Shown here one piece after another: positions 42,801-48,476 of a stretch of 64,000 nucleotides of DNA. The notes below the pieces were generated by a model that was not told where the DNA came from, made no database searches, and saw only the letters and a list, made by a program, of their open reading frames with translations. The position numbers and the translations under genes were made by a program. How positions within the stretch are numbered: the stretch's first letter is position 1; each line of letters starts with the position of its first letter. The DNA is from a virus (Duplodnaviria > Caudoviricetes): positions 32,001-96,000 of the IMG/VR virus record IMGVR_UViG_3300021426_000004; one strand, given 5' to 3'.

Positions 42801-43028
42801 ACTATCTATCTCTTGGTTTATCTTATTAATTCTGGAAAAAGAATTAACAATTGAGTCCTTCCCTTGAGAAAAAAACTCATCAGAACCGGAAATCATTTCT
42901 CCAGCCGAATTTTGTATTTGTTTAATATTATCAAGTACGCCCTTTGAAGCATCTTTTATACTTGAAAACTCTTTAATTGCGCTTGAACCATCAACATCAA
43001 GAGCAATACGAATAGTTGTATCAACCAT
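27855..43028 (-). CDS. Tape measure polyprotein with N-terminal two-barrel RNA polymerase and PD-(D/E)XK nuclease domains
   Basis: 5057 aa between tail chaperones and Dit; RNAP motifs FQARMPGVK (aa 626-634), SMSDVK (K679), SRQ, RYP (aa 896), DADFDGD (aa 949-955); nuclease motifs GSYD (D1536), DIK (1552-1554), QQAIY; TP901-type TMP domain at ~35300-36200; coiled coils; C-terminal FSEGGEVDYTGLAMVHG..PEAFLN. Confidence 0.9.
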   Translation of the reverse strand: MVDTTIRIALDVDGSSAIKEFSSIKDASKGVLDNIKQIQNSAGEMISGSDEFFSQGKDSIVNSFSRINKINQEIDSSPIFSEKQLSDLYAEREMLRRGIEATINEMRSFVTASSTLMSSVGGKKAGQSLLKTATNLMPNMRALVTQVADFQRSATTLMDTASFKAGIKNKLFDNGIFEQLGMSRTSKAADALSEILMFQGTDQTQRKGFMSQISRGSEKQAHLFDSFANMLPSQFQNFHAAKGAISEPNSNEALTNKEKAIVENLLKTNPYFLSAAEKSGVAVRLNGTIGMRNGLTRGLINNLSSELYDAIISSAKGMPMYGITDVNDKQFWDRIARKNNKPFLGNMNAARILSDNFSWLTPNRGAKVSNIPLNQFSDTEAKIPFSPNIKRYEVANYTLSDLQAGVDLNRDRTKFYGQSDRDDRYMSIDHSLHLENIFRHRKTGKMPNNNDAIDDIVYLQVDPRLADPGLDEKTRNDLMQQYAKYIDEGLTKSPHGKQTHYTFSRAHKGLGLEFVADPLYNAIAPVINQETGERDKSVFWGGLKNLHFVGDEAFNKAAKTLEYASKPATSGESIQDLFGTKLPKNLKIGLFDLEDAAKFGQTPSEIGGSGMNGTSYINSKYVPRGFQARMPGVKTALSPLNLSSFLAPFGGSVKTIGPDGRVEEITDDLDLLLSMSDVKNAGIKYKDDNGKLLPTEEIKKNIAEEIERSGGKIFANKTMKDAQGGIHWMSRQASQILGNSPEFVEMTTRAFLDEYARVGTMQGALDTVFAGNSEMRDLILATNGAVMGDKRIQDEIQGFRLGMLTRISQGDTILPRSLETSRAMAQPYFFNAIISGLKNINESGTGIIKDGETKSYYDTLYSQMSEDQRKTLGLLTMDDDEIAFQKLMASVVGISRYPATTRSAREVKNISVGNSQREKAIQKYLSDSGFDPDAFYISPSSPVMQLLQDADFDGDVMDLIGLAYTGKNKKGEKVAAAEILKKAYDLGIKKIDERGLSQAEADKIKEEFKHNVFGADDIDLNKGIDVMKVLVPAMQNGYFMGGPDATIRNAMQVPWDSTVLKAMSAAESQYSVNSIRNKTGIEMDTTPEQLEVLSKYRAFTEFFHIVDKNRDKYGNVSIPNLIESAKGSDGLLGAKFWSTNLPFNTMSSNVRSMMLSRYFAKQRGVDINKNYDWNYIFDSVLGKKDESTALGRMQSALRDTWMGYLNADYLAIDEETIAKLGELRSAAIDEQAALVKNERDRQGKAFNEKGSNRAIAERVVNRLGGKVIQNALSGMAMSASHMHDEGVNDSIFTTLEAMKLPNVVGGLDFTKLLSAKTTPKAFEEMSEPTQNTKLARLLESFNLLTVDEKKRMIDNMPRLSFSSLSKFAYNPANFMEDLITGRENNSTLASTEIGQAAHTAIEHFMQLRMNASAPLSEDQLKAAQKEALDVFDEYLGLKKQGKGFKLPAGSRGLTDAERQTLKTSGTNLNDRYYALRQFLGGEGLLSIYPESDWQVVGIESSDVGKGPKTAAGNMIITGKGKKLTTDEDVGMTGSYDLRFRSRKDDQREVMADIKNYWKPSDDDWKKWRVQQAIYDSQLQKNGVNIGEVGIIEPYQNRIRKMIFSDADLSLSDDNVSRSINRIQQLAKENTSIGDVLDAAKFLRENMFGDIRESVADQIVNRKGSSKSGKFNTGSITDALWLHDRYNEAIEADEEIQSFVNKRTRERDKRTPDDVIWRSKYNQANLLLEQSKQEEIAGNTAQAKDLQARYDAAMSNLDLGLSQAVVLDTENFGEDIFRSIAGNSGTKAGRALVESYDKVQERFNNIRRDKDYLSERIDERNQDIEDASGRINSLKSQERELKEEKDILDRIQGYTDAINSSGLTTKEKGIAKRERTKLLNRHPELASSDEFFTISSAIKEGNDKLAAERLETAREKTTSRLQATQDLRKKQEEEMDLKVSEVEAMTKNLDAATQQEKLNEPFVQQYIKQLQGSATELLGNTFNSLTAMVDKEAAKPMDLAKNRLSFIEQINNAKVDAKDLFERGLISGTELTSRLSQAEHLLSNESLNQFDQNQIDAAKLKLGITQASKDEIYNKGLQERINVLNAQKELNARKAAQQFKEDRLTNPHARLSDYKKQVEDEYNSEVEKVTEQYKKDFESQNDLRQLQQGYAVNQITRRGNMMRMNRFGTSRNIATRAYSIYNNALTQAENRNVEAQSKLRAYEKETAGLKEGDNGYAEAQTNLAKLREEAQRASQDLSQLQSPFGKASATAAVFGQTIERVAARLGRQLFQKALQETKRFIKEFDASMNEIQAITLKSDSDMASVRSNTINKAIGLRTSVSNVANTEAALYRQGLSDQEVSNRTESIIKFATVTKLNVTEATKIITTALQNDLVPSAEQAMDALVALGDSAATTAAEIGKGMQKAAASAKVAGVSYAELTALLTVGTSDTQLSGTQVGTALQTVFTRMRRISLSGWTADQNGEKTTASDAEAALKSVGIDLFSDKNGQKMRTAYEVLSDLAGVWEKLSDVQKSVVTNALAGTRQTNIFSTLMEGMSEDGGKRIKEYLDLASNSGGITQSKYEIAMQSLAASLDTLKSSWDAVVESFVNSGVVTGALDIVSGFLQFAAGSDAFEQAGGVIVGTLTAIGGAILALKLKMPILAGLSAIVGLVAGIGTTGVLKTIFGGGSVETDEERFARESAADLANVNNYYSKSMSSLNNRRDIISEAQKKYDEYLKATESGNTISEKDARAKLISAMNDLGNAFPTIAPEVKNATTNLSEFSSALTKASDAADAEAARIHKETDEMTKQHQEVYGQQEYNKKFDETVIGGFDYGHLDREAIKYLSEAGADTTYYDENGDLQSHEIIDNFSTSQNIFSESNNPTLDKATGFVNLFNKSDVAKKIIGSYYKNDETMLSLLGTDPKKVKDLQASDQRIIAAAYDSFWKNRFKLDFSNEETYDAQRRTFNNDYIKELIGQWNLSDLATDTVSESTIQNIFTDKFFKMITDENGDIKDKYFIGDLLNVSAISAEIDNLKKKGSNYLLEGYTPEEIAQYRTSVDNAVDASLIDLRKKRPINQQREDLIAAVSTATNMSELKKSYEENDRAQEFANVLANSPELLSAYVMATGENPSITWEQFQDIASKAKIGYSQPVDIVKTAMSAMEADNAWASEFKNDDVFEVVYKNMQNIFGDMTDEILKAYENGEVSEEIEKYINQSISKNSLKPDTGLTQYTKKEIADLADKAMSSDYKSLAEYAQANNWTKSQYDAVNSIYGAEIDRYKNMTEAQRTDIEGLNLKRDFDVKIAVAGIDDLESANKVLQGTTQLIENLKKGGQFEIKAKLQMESDNYNFEQQVAMLQNGTSEEQMNALMSLNPGWSKARIEANMTEARANADRAIQDQREQTAGRLTQLAKTMGVDYAQQEAAKMGYKTKTNPILVKDALEEINKYAIYQPYQYDETTGALYWTSKDTGQRYAATPEFQNWFDRMAFGEFEPIGTTQDIDRENLAYGLQRSKTPYEIEQAQRVILSGDTNRIDELRKGNNELYQQAFNGLTQNQKDYLAIQDEYNSIMNHYGGSTDYLPGDQEKINRYNAMQTAAYADFGYKTRDEIYNAASLYNPITNPQFYNDYAAVVGSDIAERTKDQNYTLTAPEESYATLRMQRYAQGYDGITQIDKIQGAYDMIQSIEDGTYQDKYGKASEDMKKDFTSAATGLDELIDAYLSLDKNAVDYAEKEAIIKDRLTDTKAALKTAAVEAKGYGEANSKAAKSMGELAKGGLAQKKEIAQLTKQAKDYQDAITAAQKSTGKTGKQIAKDQVAVKQFGKIGFDKSDIEQWTKEEATEYSKLLEDSIQENFGTEMLQPLVQQALDEINAQPFEVRPKINMITDPQTGDLDFSQLAAVVAQYNESLAAALEIFNGILAEAHVRVIAQSDKEGNGDVKVVADSSTFKTARVKGGGRGGSYNNKGGGGGGGGGKSATDKLLEKQKQRISEIEHQSKMLEIQEKYLDFTNDYDNYGSNIDQQIANQERLRSAYAQSIQELKNQLATLERGSDDWNKANEQLMQYEENLENIKNTINDLGAKRITIVEQKQENEDKRGSHNLNMLSKMAARYQKSGQFESYEGIMEQTIEETRKQIHLNDKQITEWENLLKTFTENSDSWIQTRDKIWAMREENAELQNQMASDLIDLQEARISQIAEDLQNQKAPLEHRANMLDTYGQMYESVNDFTKYRGTLEGTIDTNRQMKEMTDAAIAQVKKQIDGMKESDPARQSAIQTLYELEEASAQYEASILSNQQAIEESLISELTQAHQDSGSILEHELKLLSEAEKEFIRNDDFVNYENILEEKARNASDRLKDQQNALEDYLALQNSGKITEGGQQWRELEDTIRSTKENVASLKNEWQEALQAIEKAKFTNLKETFAETYDLSQHQQKLVQYDQTRYQNNGQLTNYGTALEWEGKILEDQRDSIQNHIKDLEEQLNESKEFPELYKEITKEITTWEEKLADTNNRIEKNTELIEKNQDAIRKARIAVENEADKAIRAWIQKQRNMLSATVTMQNNIFAVISKNYQQQWALEQKTLDKKKQTLNEEKNLINERVNFRKKMMDQEAKDEELAEYRRQLALISQDTTRTKEANELRRKIQEMEKEQAMQNAQDVANAEIQSLNDQSKAIDDYAATYQENLTELLSNINNFKDIIDGLLSGSFEDFVNWNAEYNEDFKKSSDEQRQQLINGWEDTWYTMLGQLRTYWDQVDESMQSRDGFLELLKTQDEYLKLSDTGRESYLYRAGELYDSFTASMIDDATFSDNHEIIDTINDLKDWTFNVNIAGLGNYDFGGTISDYVYNRDRSVIPYEYDSDYKGVGYVAPPPAPTPAPSSGGGGSSSGSGKPSGGGSKKIWDIYDEKGNKTNWTVEAYTVEEANKIALKKYGKYYSAATHMDFPSASKKASTSSSSSVASVANATVKAAASFVDNLRKTFGFSEGGEVDYTGLAMVHGSPQKPEAFLNAEDRANMRAMLDAFTYVKAPTMTHIDPSMYGTTTNNYGDVNITINEAKIDNDQDISALAQKIGKEFTKELSKSGFNTASYAW

Positions 43029-43312
43029 AATAACACCTCTTCACAAAATAAAATGTATATGTTAACTTTCTTAGAAAGGAGATTTTACACATAAATAACA
43101 AAGGTATGACTGTTGCTCAAAGAAAACAATTGCATATAATTGATGGTATAGAAGATATACCTTATAAAAAAATGTTTAAGAAAAGATAATTATTGTTATA
43201 GAAAGTATTCAAAGTGTAATCCTGTTGTTCTGTTATCAACAAGATTGTTATAGCAATAATAAAAGTTTGATTCTGGATATATTTAAAGATATTATTATAT
43301 GTATATATTAAA

Positions 43313-43351
43313 TAAAAAAATAGGGGAGTACCAAAATAAGGTACTCCCCTT
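43313..43351 (-). terminator. Rho-independent terminator upstream of the TMP gene
   Basis: AGGGGAGTACC/GGTACTCCCCT stem followed by a T-run on the minus strand. Confidence 0.75.
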
Positions 43352-43355
43352 AATC

Positions 43356-43706
43356 TTATTCCTTCAATGTAACGCCTTCATGATTTGCTTTCATGTATTC
43401 CATTACTTGTTTAATATAATCAGTTTCTTCCTGAAGCATCGCTGGTTCAACTTGAGCTGTAATTAAATCATAAAGCCAATGTAATACATATGGCTTTTCT
43501 GAATTTATGATATTCTTTTTTTCAACTTCAAGTTTTAAAACTTCCAATACTTCAGCGGGGTTAACCTTAAAATCACTGATATCTTCACAATTTAAATTAG
43601 CATCATGCAATATAGTTCTCCATAATGGTTCCAGATAATTTAACCCATTATCAGCTTGTGTTATAGTTAAGTCTATTGCCTTATTAATAAACTCACCATA
43701 TAACAT
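43356..43706 (-). CDS. Hypothetical protein
   Basis: 116 aa ORF in operon orientation. Confidence 0.6.
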   Translation of the reverse strand: MLYGEFINKAIDLTITQADNGLNYLEPLWRTILHDANLNCEDISDFKVNPAEVLEVLKLEVEKKNIINSEKPYVLHWLYDLITAQVEPAMLQEETDYIKQVMEYMKANHEGVTLKE

Positions 43707-43708
43707 TG

Positions 43709-43885
43709 TTAATCATCTGCCTTTCCTTCCAGTGTAACGGTTTTAATCTTTCTACCGAATAACAATTCTTCTTCTGAATAATGCAATTCATCTATGTCAA
43801 TTCGGCCGTATTTATTATGACGATACATAACTACAGCATCCTTCGGCTGCTTTTTGAGGAGATCGATAAGTTCTTTTACTGTCAT
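43709..43885 (-). CDS. Small MTVxELIxxL-family protein, paralog B
   Basis: Not in ORF track; 58 aa MTVKELIDLLKKQPKDAVVMYRH...; RBS GGAGTG. Confidence 0.7.
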   Translation of the reverse strand: MTVKELIDLLKKQPKDAVVMYRHNKYGRIDIDELHYSEEELLFGRKIKTVTLEGKADD

Positions 43886-43891
43886 ATATTA

Positions 43892-44059
43892 TCACTCCAA
43901 TACTACAGCCGTAGTGTACACATACCCAGTAGGATATGTCTCGTCCATATAATAGTGACTTTCATTAATATCGACTTGCGTTACTTCTTTATAATCAACG
44001 CATACTGGTAAATCCATAGGATATTCTTCCAGTTCTTCGATTAATTCTCTCACTGTCAT
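43892..44059 (-). CDS. Small MTVxELIxxL-family protein, paralog A
   Basis: Start moved to ATG 44059: MTVRELIEELEEYPMDLPVCV, 55 aa. Confidence 0.7.
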   Translation of the reverse strand: MTVRELIEELEEYPMDLPVCVDYKEVTQVDINESHYYMDETYPTGYVYTTAVVLE

Positions 44060-44063
44060 AAGA

Positions 44064-44501
44064 TCACCGATTCTTACGTTTGTTGAAAAGCTTTGGCTTT
44101 TCTTCTGGAATAACACCGAGAATATGTTTAGGTTCTTCTTTCTTAATTTCTTCCTTTGGTTCTTCTTTGATAATTTCAGCAGGTTTTACTTCTTCTTTCG
44201 TATTGTCTGCTGGCTCTGGAATTTCCTTGGATTCTTCTTTCTGATAAGGATTTGGAAGTCCCATTTCAGCAAGCTGACGTACACATTCAATCATACGAAT
44301 CTTTGAAATACGTGAGCTGATTGCGTTACTCCGCCAAATTGCACAATACCTTTTAGCAGTCCAGAACAGATCGTTTGCTACAACATTATTAAATTCAACA
44401 TTGTCAGCGCCTTCAATCCAGTTTCTTGCGGCTGCATTAAACGTACCTTCATCACCGTTTAATGCTTCTAAAACTTTTTCATATAATTCGTAATTACTCA
44501 T
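44064..44501 (-). CDS. Hypothetical protein with E/K/P-rich tail
   Basis: 145 aa, RBS AGGAG. Confidence 0.65.
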   Translation of the reverse strand: MSNYELYEKVLEALNGDEGTFNAAARNWIEGADNVEFNNVVANDLFWTAKRYCAIWRSNAISSRISKIRMIECVRQLAEMGLPNPYQKEESKEIPEPADNTKEEVKPAEIIKEEPKEEIKKEEPKHILGVIPEEKPKLFNKRKNR

Positions 44502-44514
44502 TTTGAATTCTCCT

Positions 44515-44904
44515 TTACTTTAAATACTCTTCAAACCAACTGGTATCACCAAGTGCTTGTTTTGCAACGTCCTTTTGTCCGGATTCAATAATAGTCATAC
44601 CTCCGGGCATGCTAAGGAACGTCGCTGCACTATTGGAAGTGCTTGGTTTGATAAGCGGATTTGCTTGCTGTATCATTCTGGTTATTGCTTCTCCGCCCTT
44701 TTTGTCGAACACGGTTTTGCCATACATATTCGATATGGACTCAAAGTTAATTCTCTTACCAAGAGCAGCAAGAACATCTTGGAAGAAAACATAAGACATA
44801 TTATTGATTTTGTCCTCGTCTACTTCGCCCAGGTGTGCAGCGACAGCAGCAACTGCTTCGTCTAAGTTTAATGTTTCGCTTGCTCCTGGGCTTCCCTGTT
44901 TTTT
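44515..44904 (-). CDS. Tail assembly chaperone, -1 frameshift extension (gpT-like)
   Basis: -1 frame is open from slippery site AAAAAAC (44898-44904) through LDEAVAAVAAHLGEVDEDKINN into ORF 44515..44799. Confidence 0.75.
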   Translation of the reverse strand, partial: KKQGSPGASETLNLDEAVAAVAAHLGEVDEDKINNMSYVFFQDVLAALGKRINFESISNMYGKTVFDKKGGEAITRMIQQANPLIKPSTSNSAATFLSMPGGMTIIESGQKDVAKQALGDTSWFEEYLK

Positions 44905-45413
44905 CTTGCAGCCTCTTCTTTTTCGTCTATATGATTAATTCGGCCGAAAATCTTAGTAACTCTGTCTAATATTTCAGCATCCATTTCATTATAATTATCT
45001 CTGACAAAAGTAGAGTCATTGAAAGCGGCAACAAGAAAGTCATATACAAGCTGATCTGCGTCTCGTTCCGGATCGAGAATTCCTTTTTCATATTTAAATA
45101 ACTCATGCACAGGTACAGCTTTGATAATCCCATAACCTGAAGCGCTTTTATTCCGGAAATACTTCAGCTTAGTGGGCTTGATTTCAATTTTAACGCCATC
45201 AACTTCTACACAATTCTCTTCTTTAATATCTGATGGCATTTCTTTTTTTTCAGGAGTTGTCTCTGGAACTTCTCCTTTTTCTTTTGTTTCTTCCGGAATA
45301 TCTGGATTTTCGGGTTCGGTATATTTAATCGTAAAACCTTCAGGCATACTTGTTTTATGTTCTTCCGGTGGCGGAAGTTCTTTAGTCGGTTTTGGAATCG
45401 GCTTTGGCATCAT
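44868..45413 (-). CDS. Tail assembly chaperone (gpG-like)
   Basis: 181 aa after the major tail gene; slippery heptamer near the 3' end (..ARKN). Confidence 0.75.
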   Translation of the reverse strand: MMPKPIPKPTKELPPPEEHKTSMPEGFTIKYTEPENPDIPEETKEKGEVPETTPEKKEMPSDIKEENCVEVDGVKIEIKPTKLKYFRNKSASGYGIIKAVPVHELFKYEKGILDPERDADQLVYDFLVAAFNDSTFVRDNYNEMDAEILDRVTKIFGRINHIDEKEEAARKNREAQEQAKH

Positions 45414-45440
45414 TTTTCCTTCTTTCCTTCAATCCTTATA

Positions 45441-45476
45441 AAAAAAGGGGATACTGCAAGGTTGCAGTATCCCCTT
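45441..45476 (-). terminator. Rho-independent terminator after the major tail gene
   Basis: AAGGGGATACTGCAA/TTGCAGTATCCCCTT stem plus T-run. Confidence 0.8.
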
Positions 45477-45547
45477 AAGAGATTAACTAACTGAAACCTT
45501 TATTGTAAAATACCTTGCGGTAAAACCTTATTGTTAGTAATCTTTGC

Positions 45548-46171
45548 TTACTTCTTGAAGTAAGCGGTGCTGTACGCACCCTCGTCGTTACGCTTGGCGT
45601 CCAGAGCCGTTAATTCGAACTGGAACGTTGCAGCACTCTTATACGATGTGTCCATACCAGGAATCGTAGTAATACGAGCACGGAACACTTTGACCACATA
45701 GTAGCCAACAATAGCGCTTTCGGTGCAGTCATCGCCAGAGCCGTAGACCGGCCAAATAGCAGAACACTCACCGATAGCGGATTCCTTATTGGTGACGACG
45801 GCTTCATACGCTTCCTGCGTATAAGCATACACCACATCCACAAAATCAATATCTTCATCAGCAGAGAAAGTAATTTCCTTGCCGTTGATCAGATAATGAC
45901 CAGTGGTAACAGTACCGCTCTGAGTCGTAATAGGCTCCATGCCATCAATAAAGATACTACCTTCGATAGGAACCTGCAGCAGTTCAATCTTATGATTTGC
46001 ATCGGGCGTATGACGCTCAGTTGTGTCGATCTGATAGTTGCTGTTCTTTTTATACTGCGTCTTATTCGCCATAGCAAACAGATCAGCGTCGAACTGTCCA
46101 CATGTAAAATTCATCGTGAACGTAGAGTTGCCAGGAATAACAGCAACAGGGAACAGGGACCAACCAGCATT
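45548..46171 (-). CDS. Major tail (tube) protein, exon 2
   Basis: Begins AAT GCT GGT TGG right after the intron's terminal G; spliced product is 254 aa (..ETIDI|NAGWSLFP..); C-terminal SYKSAATFQFELTALD. Confidence 0.8.
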   Translation of the reverse strand, partial: NAGWSLFPVAVIPGNSTFTMNFTCGQFDADLFAMANKTQYKKNSNYQIDTTERHTPDANHKIELLQVPIEGSIFIDGMEPITTQSGTVTTGHYLINGKEITFSADEDIDFVDVVYAYTQEAYEAVVTNKESAIGECSAIWPVYGSGDDCTESAIVGYYVVKVFRARITTIPGMDTSYKSAATFQFELTALDAKRNDEGAYSTAYFKK

Positions 46172-46332
46172 CATTTGGTCTTTGCTTTTTGTTCAGTGTA
46201 GTTCGCTAAGCTACACCCGCTTTATTCAAGCTGCTTTATGTTTCCATAAAGATCAGATCATATCTTACGCATATTCTGCGTCTCTCCATTTCAGCCTGCT
46301 TAGGCTTACGTCTTTCGACTGATCGTTAGAGT

Positions 46333-47007
46333 TTACACACGTTTAAAATGATATTTTTTTGCTCGAATATTGTTTTTTATTGATTGATACACAGATCCTC
46401 TGGGAAGATTCATTTCTTTTTCTGCGGCTAGCTGAGAATCATAAATACATCCAGTTTCTATACATTGAACTTTGGTTGATTTATGATTGTTTGCGCCCAT
46501 CATACTTGGACGTTTATTGTGCCGACATGCATCTAAAGCAGCTAAGGAGTTCGGATTTTTTCCAGCTCGTATATTTCCTTGACGTATTTTTTCTTTTGTT
46601 TTATCTGACAAATGTTTTCCTTTACGAGAAGCAACGCTTGCCTCGATAGCTTTTTCAGGACGTTTATTCCAAAAAGGATTGAGATTTCCTTTTAAGCCCC
46701 TATTGTTATATCCGCCTTCGGCAAAATTATACCCATAGTCTCTGTTTGTTGTTTGAAGCTTTTTAATTAACATTTTTTCTGTATTAGAAGCTTCGTCTTT
46801 AGTTAAATTCGATGCAAAAATTTCATGATCAAAATTATCCCAACCATATTTTTCAATCGCACTATTGAAATGCCAATTATAATTATATCCTTTTCCATTT
46901 TTCCATCTATTGTTAGGATTTGTTTTTTTAGACATTCCAACATATATTTTTCCATTAATCTTGTTTATATGTATATAAACATAATATGGTCCATTTTCTA
47001 TAATCAT
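46333..47007 (-). CDS. GIY-YIG family homing endonuclease with NUMOD-type DNA-binding tail
   Basis: 224 aa; YYVYIHINKINGKIYVG, GYNFAEGG, KGKHLSDKTKEKI, VQCIETGCIYDS. Confidence 0.88.
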   Translation of the reverse strand: MIIENGPYYVYIHINKINGKIYVGMSKKTNPNNRWKNGKGYNYNWHFNSAIEKYGWDNFDHEIFASNLTKDEASNTEKMLIKKLQTTNRDYGYNFAEGGYNNRGLKGNLNPFWNKRPEKAIEASVASRKGKHLSDKTKEKIRQGNIRAGKNPNSLAALDACRHNKRPSMMGANNHKSTKVQCIETGCIYDSQLAAEKEMNLPRGSVYQSIKNNIRAKKYHFKRV

Positions 47008-47051
47008 TTATTACATCCTTTCGTGTGTTTTACTACGGTAGGTTGTCTTTC

Positions 47052-47076
47052 TCTCCTTTACGGTTATTTCCGAATG
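47052..47076 (-). promoter_or_regulatory. 25-bp repeated motif copy 2 (candidate late promoter) inside the intron, upstream of the endonuclease
   Basis: Minus strand CATTCGGAAATAACCGTAAAGGAGA. Confidence 0.6.
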
Positions 47077-47167
47077 TCTTCAAATGTTTGATTAAATAAT
47101 ATTTTAAAAAAGGAGAGGGAAGAGTTTCCCCGTTTAGAAGAGTTTAACGACACCAACGCTGGAATTT

Positions 47168-47308
47168 AATGTCGATTGTTTCAATGTTTGCGCTAACAGT
47201 AGCGGCCGTCAGCTCAGTAAAGGCATAAGCATGCCCATCGCACCGACGGAACACTACCTTCGGCACGTCAGCCACATAGCCCTTAAGCGCAGCATTATAG
47301 GTTGCCAT
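47168..47308 (-). CDS. Major tail (tube) protein, exon 1
   Basis: ATG 47308 with RBS GAGAGG; 47 codons MATYNAALKGYVADVPKV...ETIDI. Confidence 0.8.
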
Positions 47309-47490
47309 AGTGCATGACCTCTCTTGCAATATATTTATAACCACCATATACCTGCTCTCCCACAAGCTAATATATTTGGGTTATATCGTATTCAGAGGCC
47401 TTCAAATTACCTTTGAGACTGTATTTATTTAGCCGCCCAATGTCTCAGGCGGCATATTTTTTACTATGTTGGTTTAGAAATGCTAAACAA

Positions 47491-47955
47491 TTAGTATACC
47501 TTCATGTATCTGAAAGCTATGCTATATCGCGTATATCCAGTTACGCGAGTACCCATGTCCCAAGCACCAGCTATCCAGAAACGATATCCTGTATCTGCAA
47601 GATATCTTTCCCGTGTTAATAACTTGAATAAACGTTCAGCAATTAAATGAGTACGCATTTTTAAACGATCATCTCCGATATTGTGTAATTCACTTGTTTT
47701 TACATATATATCGAAGAGCAGCATATTCTTCGTTACATTTGGAACATCTGTTTCAGTTCCTTGTACATCAGAATATACTATTCTGCAAACTTCGTCTGTA
47801 AGAAGTTTATTTGTATATCCAGCACTAATAAAATATCTGTCTATAAATTGGATGATGTTTGTTTTTGGCGGTATCTTCATCAATGCTTTCAAATCGTAAT
47901 CAGGCCAGATTACTTTACGTATGATAGTATTCCATGCGTCTATCCAACCCATCAT
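47491..47955 (-). CDS. Putative tail terminator / completion protein
   Basis: 154 aa just before the major tail gene; LLFDIYV. Confidence 0.6.
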   Translation of the reverse strand: MMGWIDAWNTIIRKVIWPDYDLKALMKIPPKTNIIQFIDRYFISAGYTNKLLTDEVCRIVYSDVQGTETDVPNVTKNMLLFDIYVKTSELHNIGDDRLKMRTHLIAERLFKLLTRERYLADTGYRFWIAGAWDMGTRVTGYTRYSIAFRYMKVY

Positions 47956-48476
47956 GAAGTACCACCTCCTAAAATATTTGTTATTAAAGGAATAACAGCT
48001 TCTTCAGCTGCTTTGATAATTTCTTCTCTTGTAGGAATTCCACTGATTGTTAGTTTCACTTCAAGAGAATCAATTACTTGTTGTGTTGCAAGAGCTTCAT
48101 CCGGATTATCAGAGAATTCACCGGCAATAATTTGATATTGGCTTTTAACAATATTTGTAAGAAAAAATTCCAAGTCTTTTAAGTCATATGATCCATCTAT
48201 CATTCTGTCTATGACGCTTTCAATTTCACCGGGCAAAATACTGTCGATTATTTTTCTGGAATTTTCTTCTGCGTACGTTGCTTCTTCAGATCCGGCTTCG
48301 AATCTTCCGCCAGTTACAGCGGCTTTGGATTGTCTTTGTCCTTGCTGTGGAAGATTAATCATTCCACCAGTAACTTCAGGCGGTTCCATACCTTCGTCAA
48401 TTCGGTTTCTCCAAGATTCATTACCAGATGAAATTGTATAATCGGCAGTAGCAGTAAAAGACTTAATCGTAGCCAT
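47952..48476 (-). CDS. Putative neck/tail completion protein
   Basis: Likely start MATIKSF (48476); position in the head-tail joining block. Confidence 0.5.
   Translation of the reverse strand: MATIKSFTATADYTISSGNESWRNRIDEGMEPPEVTGGMINLPQQGQRQSKAAVTGGRFEAGSEEATYAEENSRKIIDSILPGEIESVIDRMIDGSYDLKDLEFFLTNIVKSQYQIIAGEFSDNPDEALATQQVIDSLEVKLTISGIPTREEIIKAAEEAVIPLITNILGGGTS

Larger units (their letters stand above)
46172..47167 (-). mobile_element. Group I self-splicing intron (996 nt) with homing endonuclease
   Basis: 5' exon ends in U and intron ends in G; P1 (exon CGACAUU with GGUGUCG, U.G at the splice site); P10 (CCAGCGUU with exon 2 AAUGCUGG); P3 CUCUUC/GGAGAG; P7 GAUCA/UGAUC within CUAACGAUCA and AAGAUAUGAUCUG; removal restores the reading frame. 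Confidence 0.9.

Noticed and set aside
43074-43190. Small plus-strand ORF (MTVAQRKQLH...) in the gap before the TMP gene
   Set aside because: Only 27 codons in AT-rich DNA, and the AAAGGAG is too far from the ATG
47144-47365. Stand-alone 73-aa gene, and a separate 208-aa gene at 45548..46174
   Set aside because: Better explained as the two exons of the intron-split major tail gene
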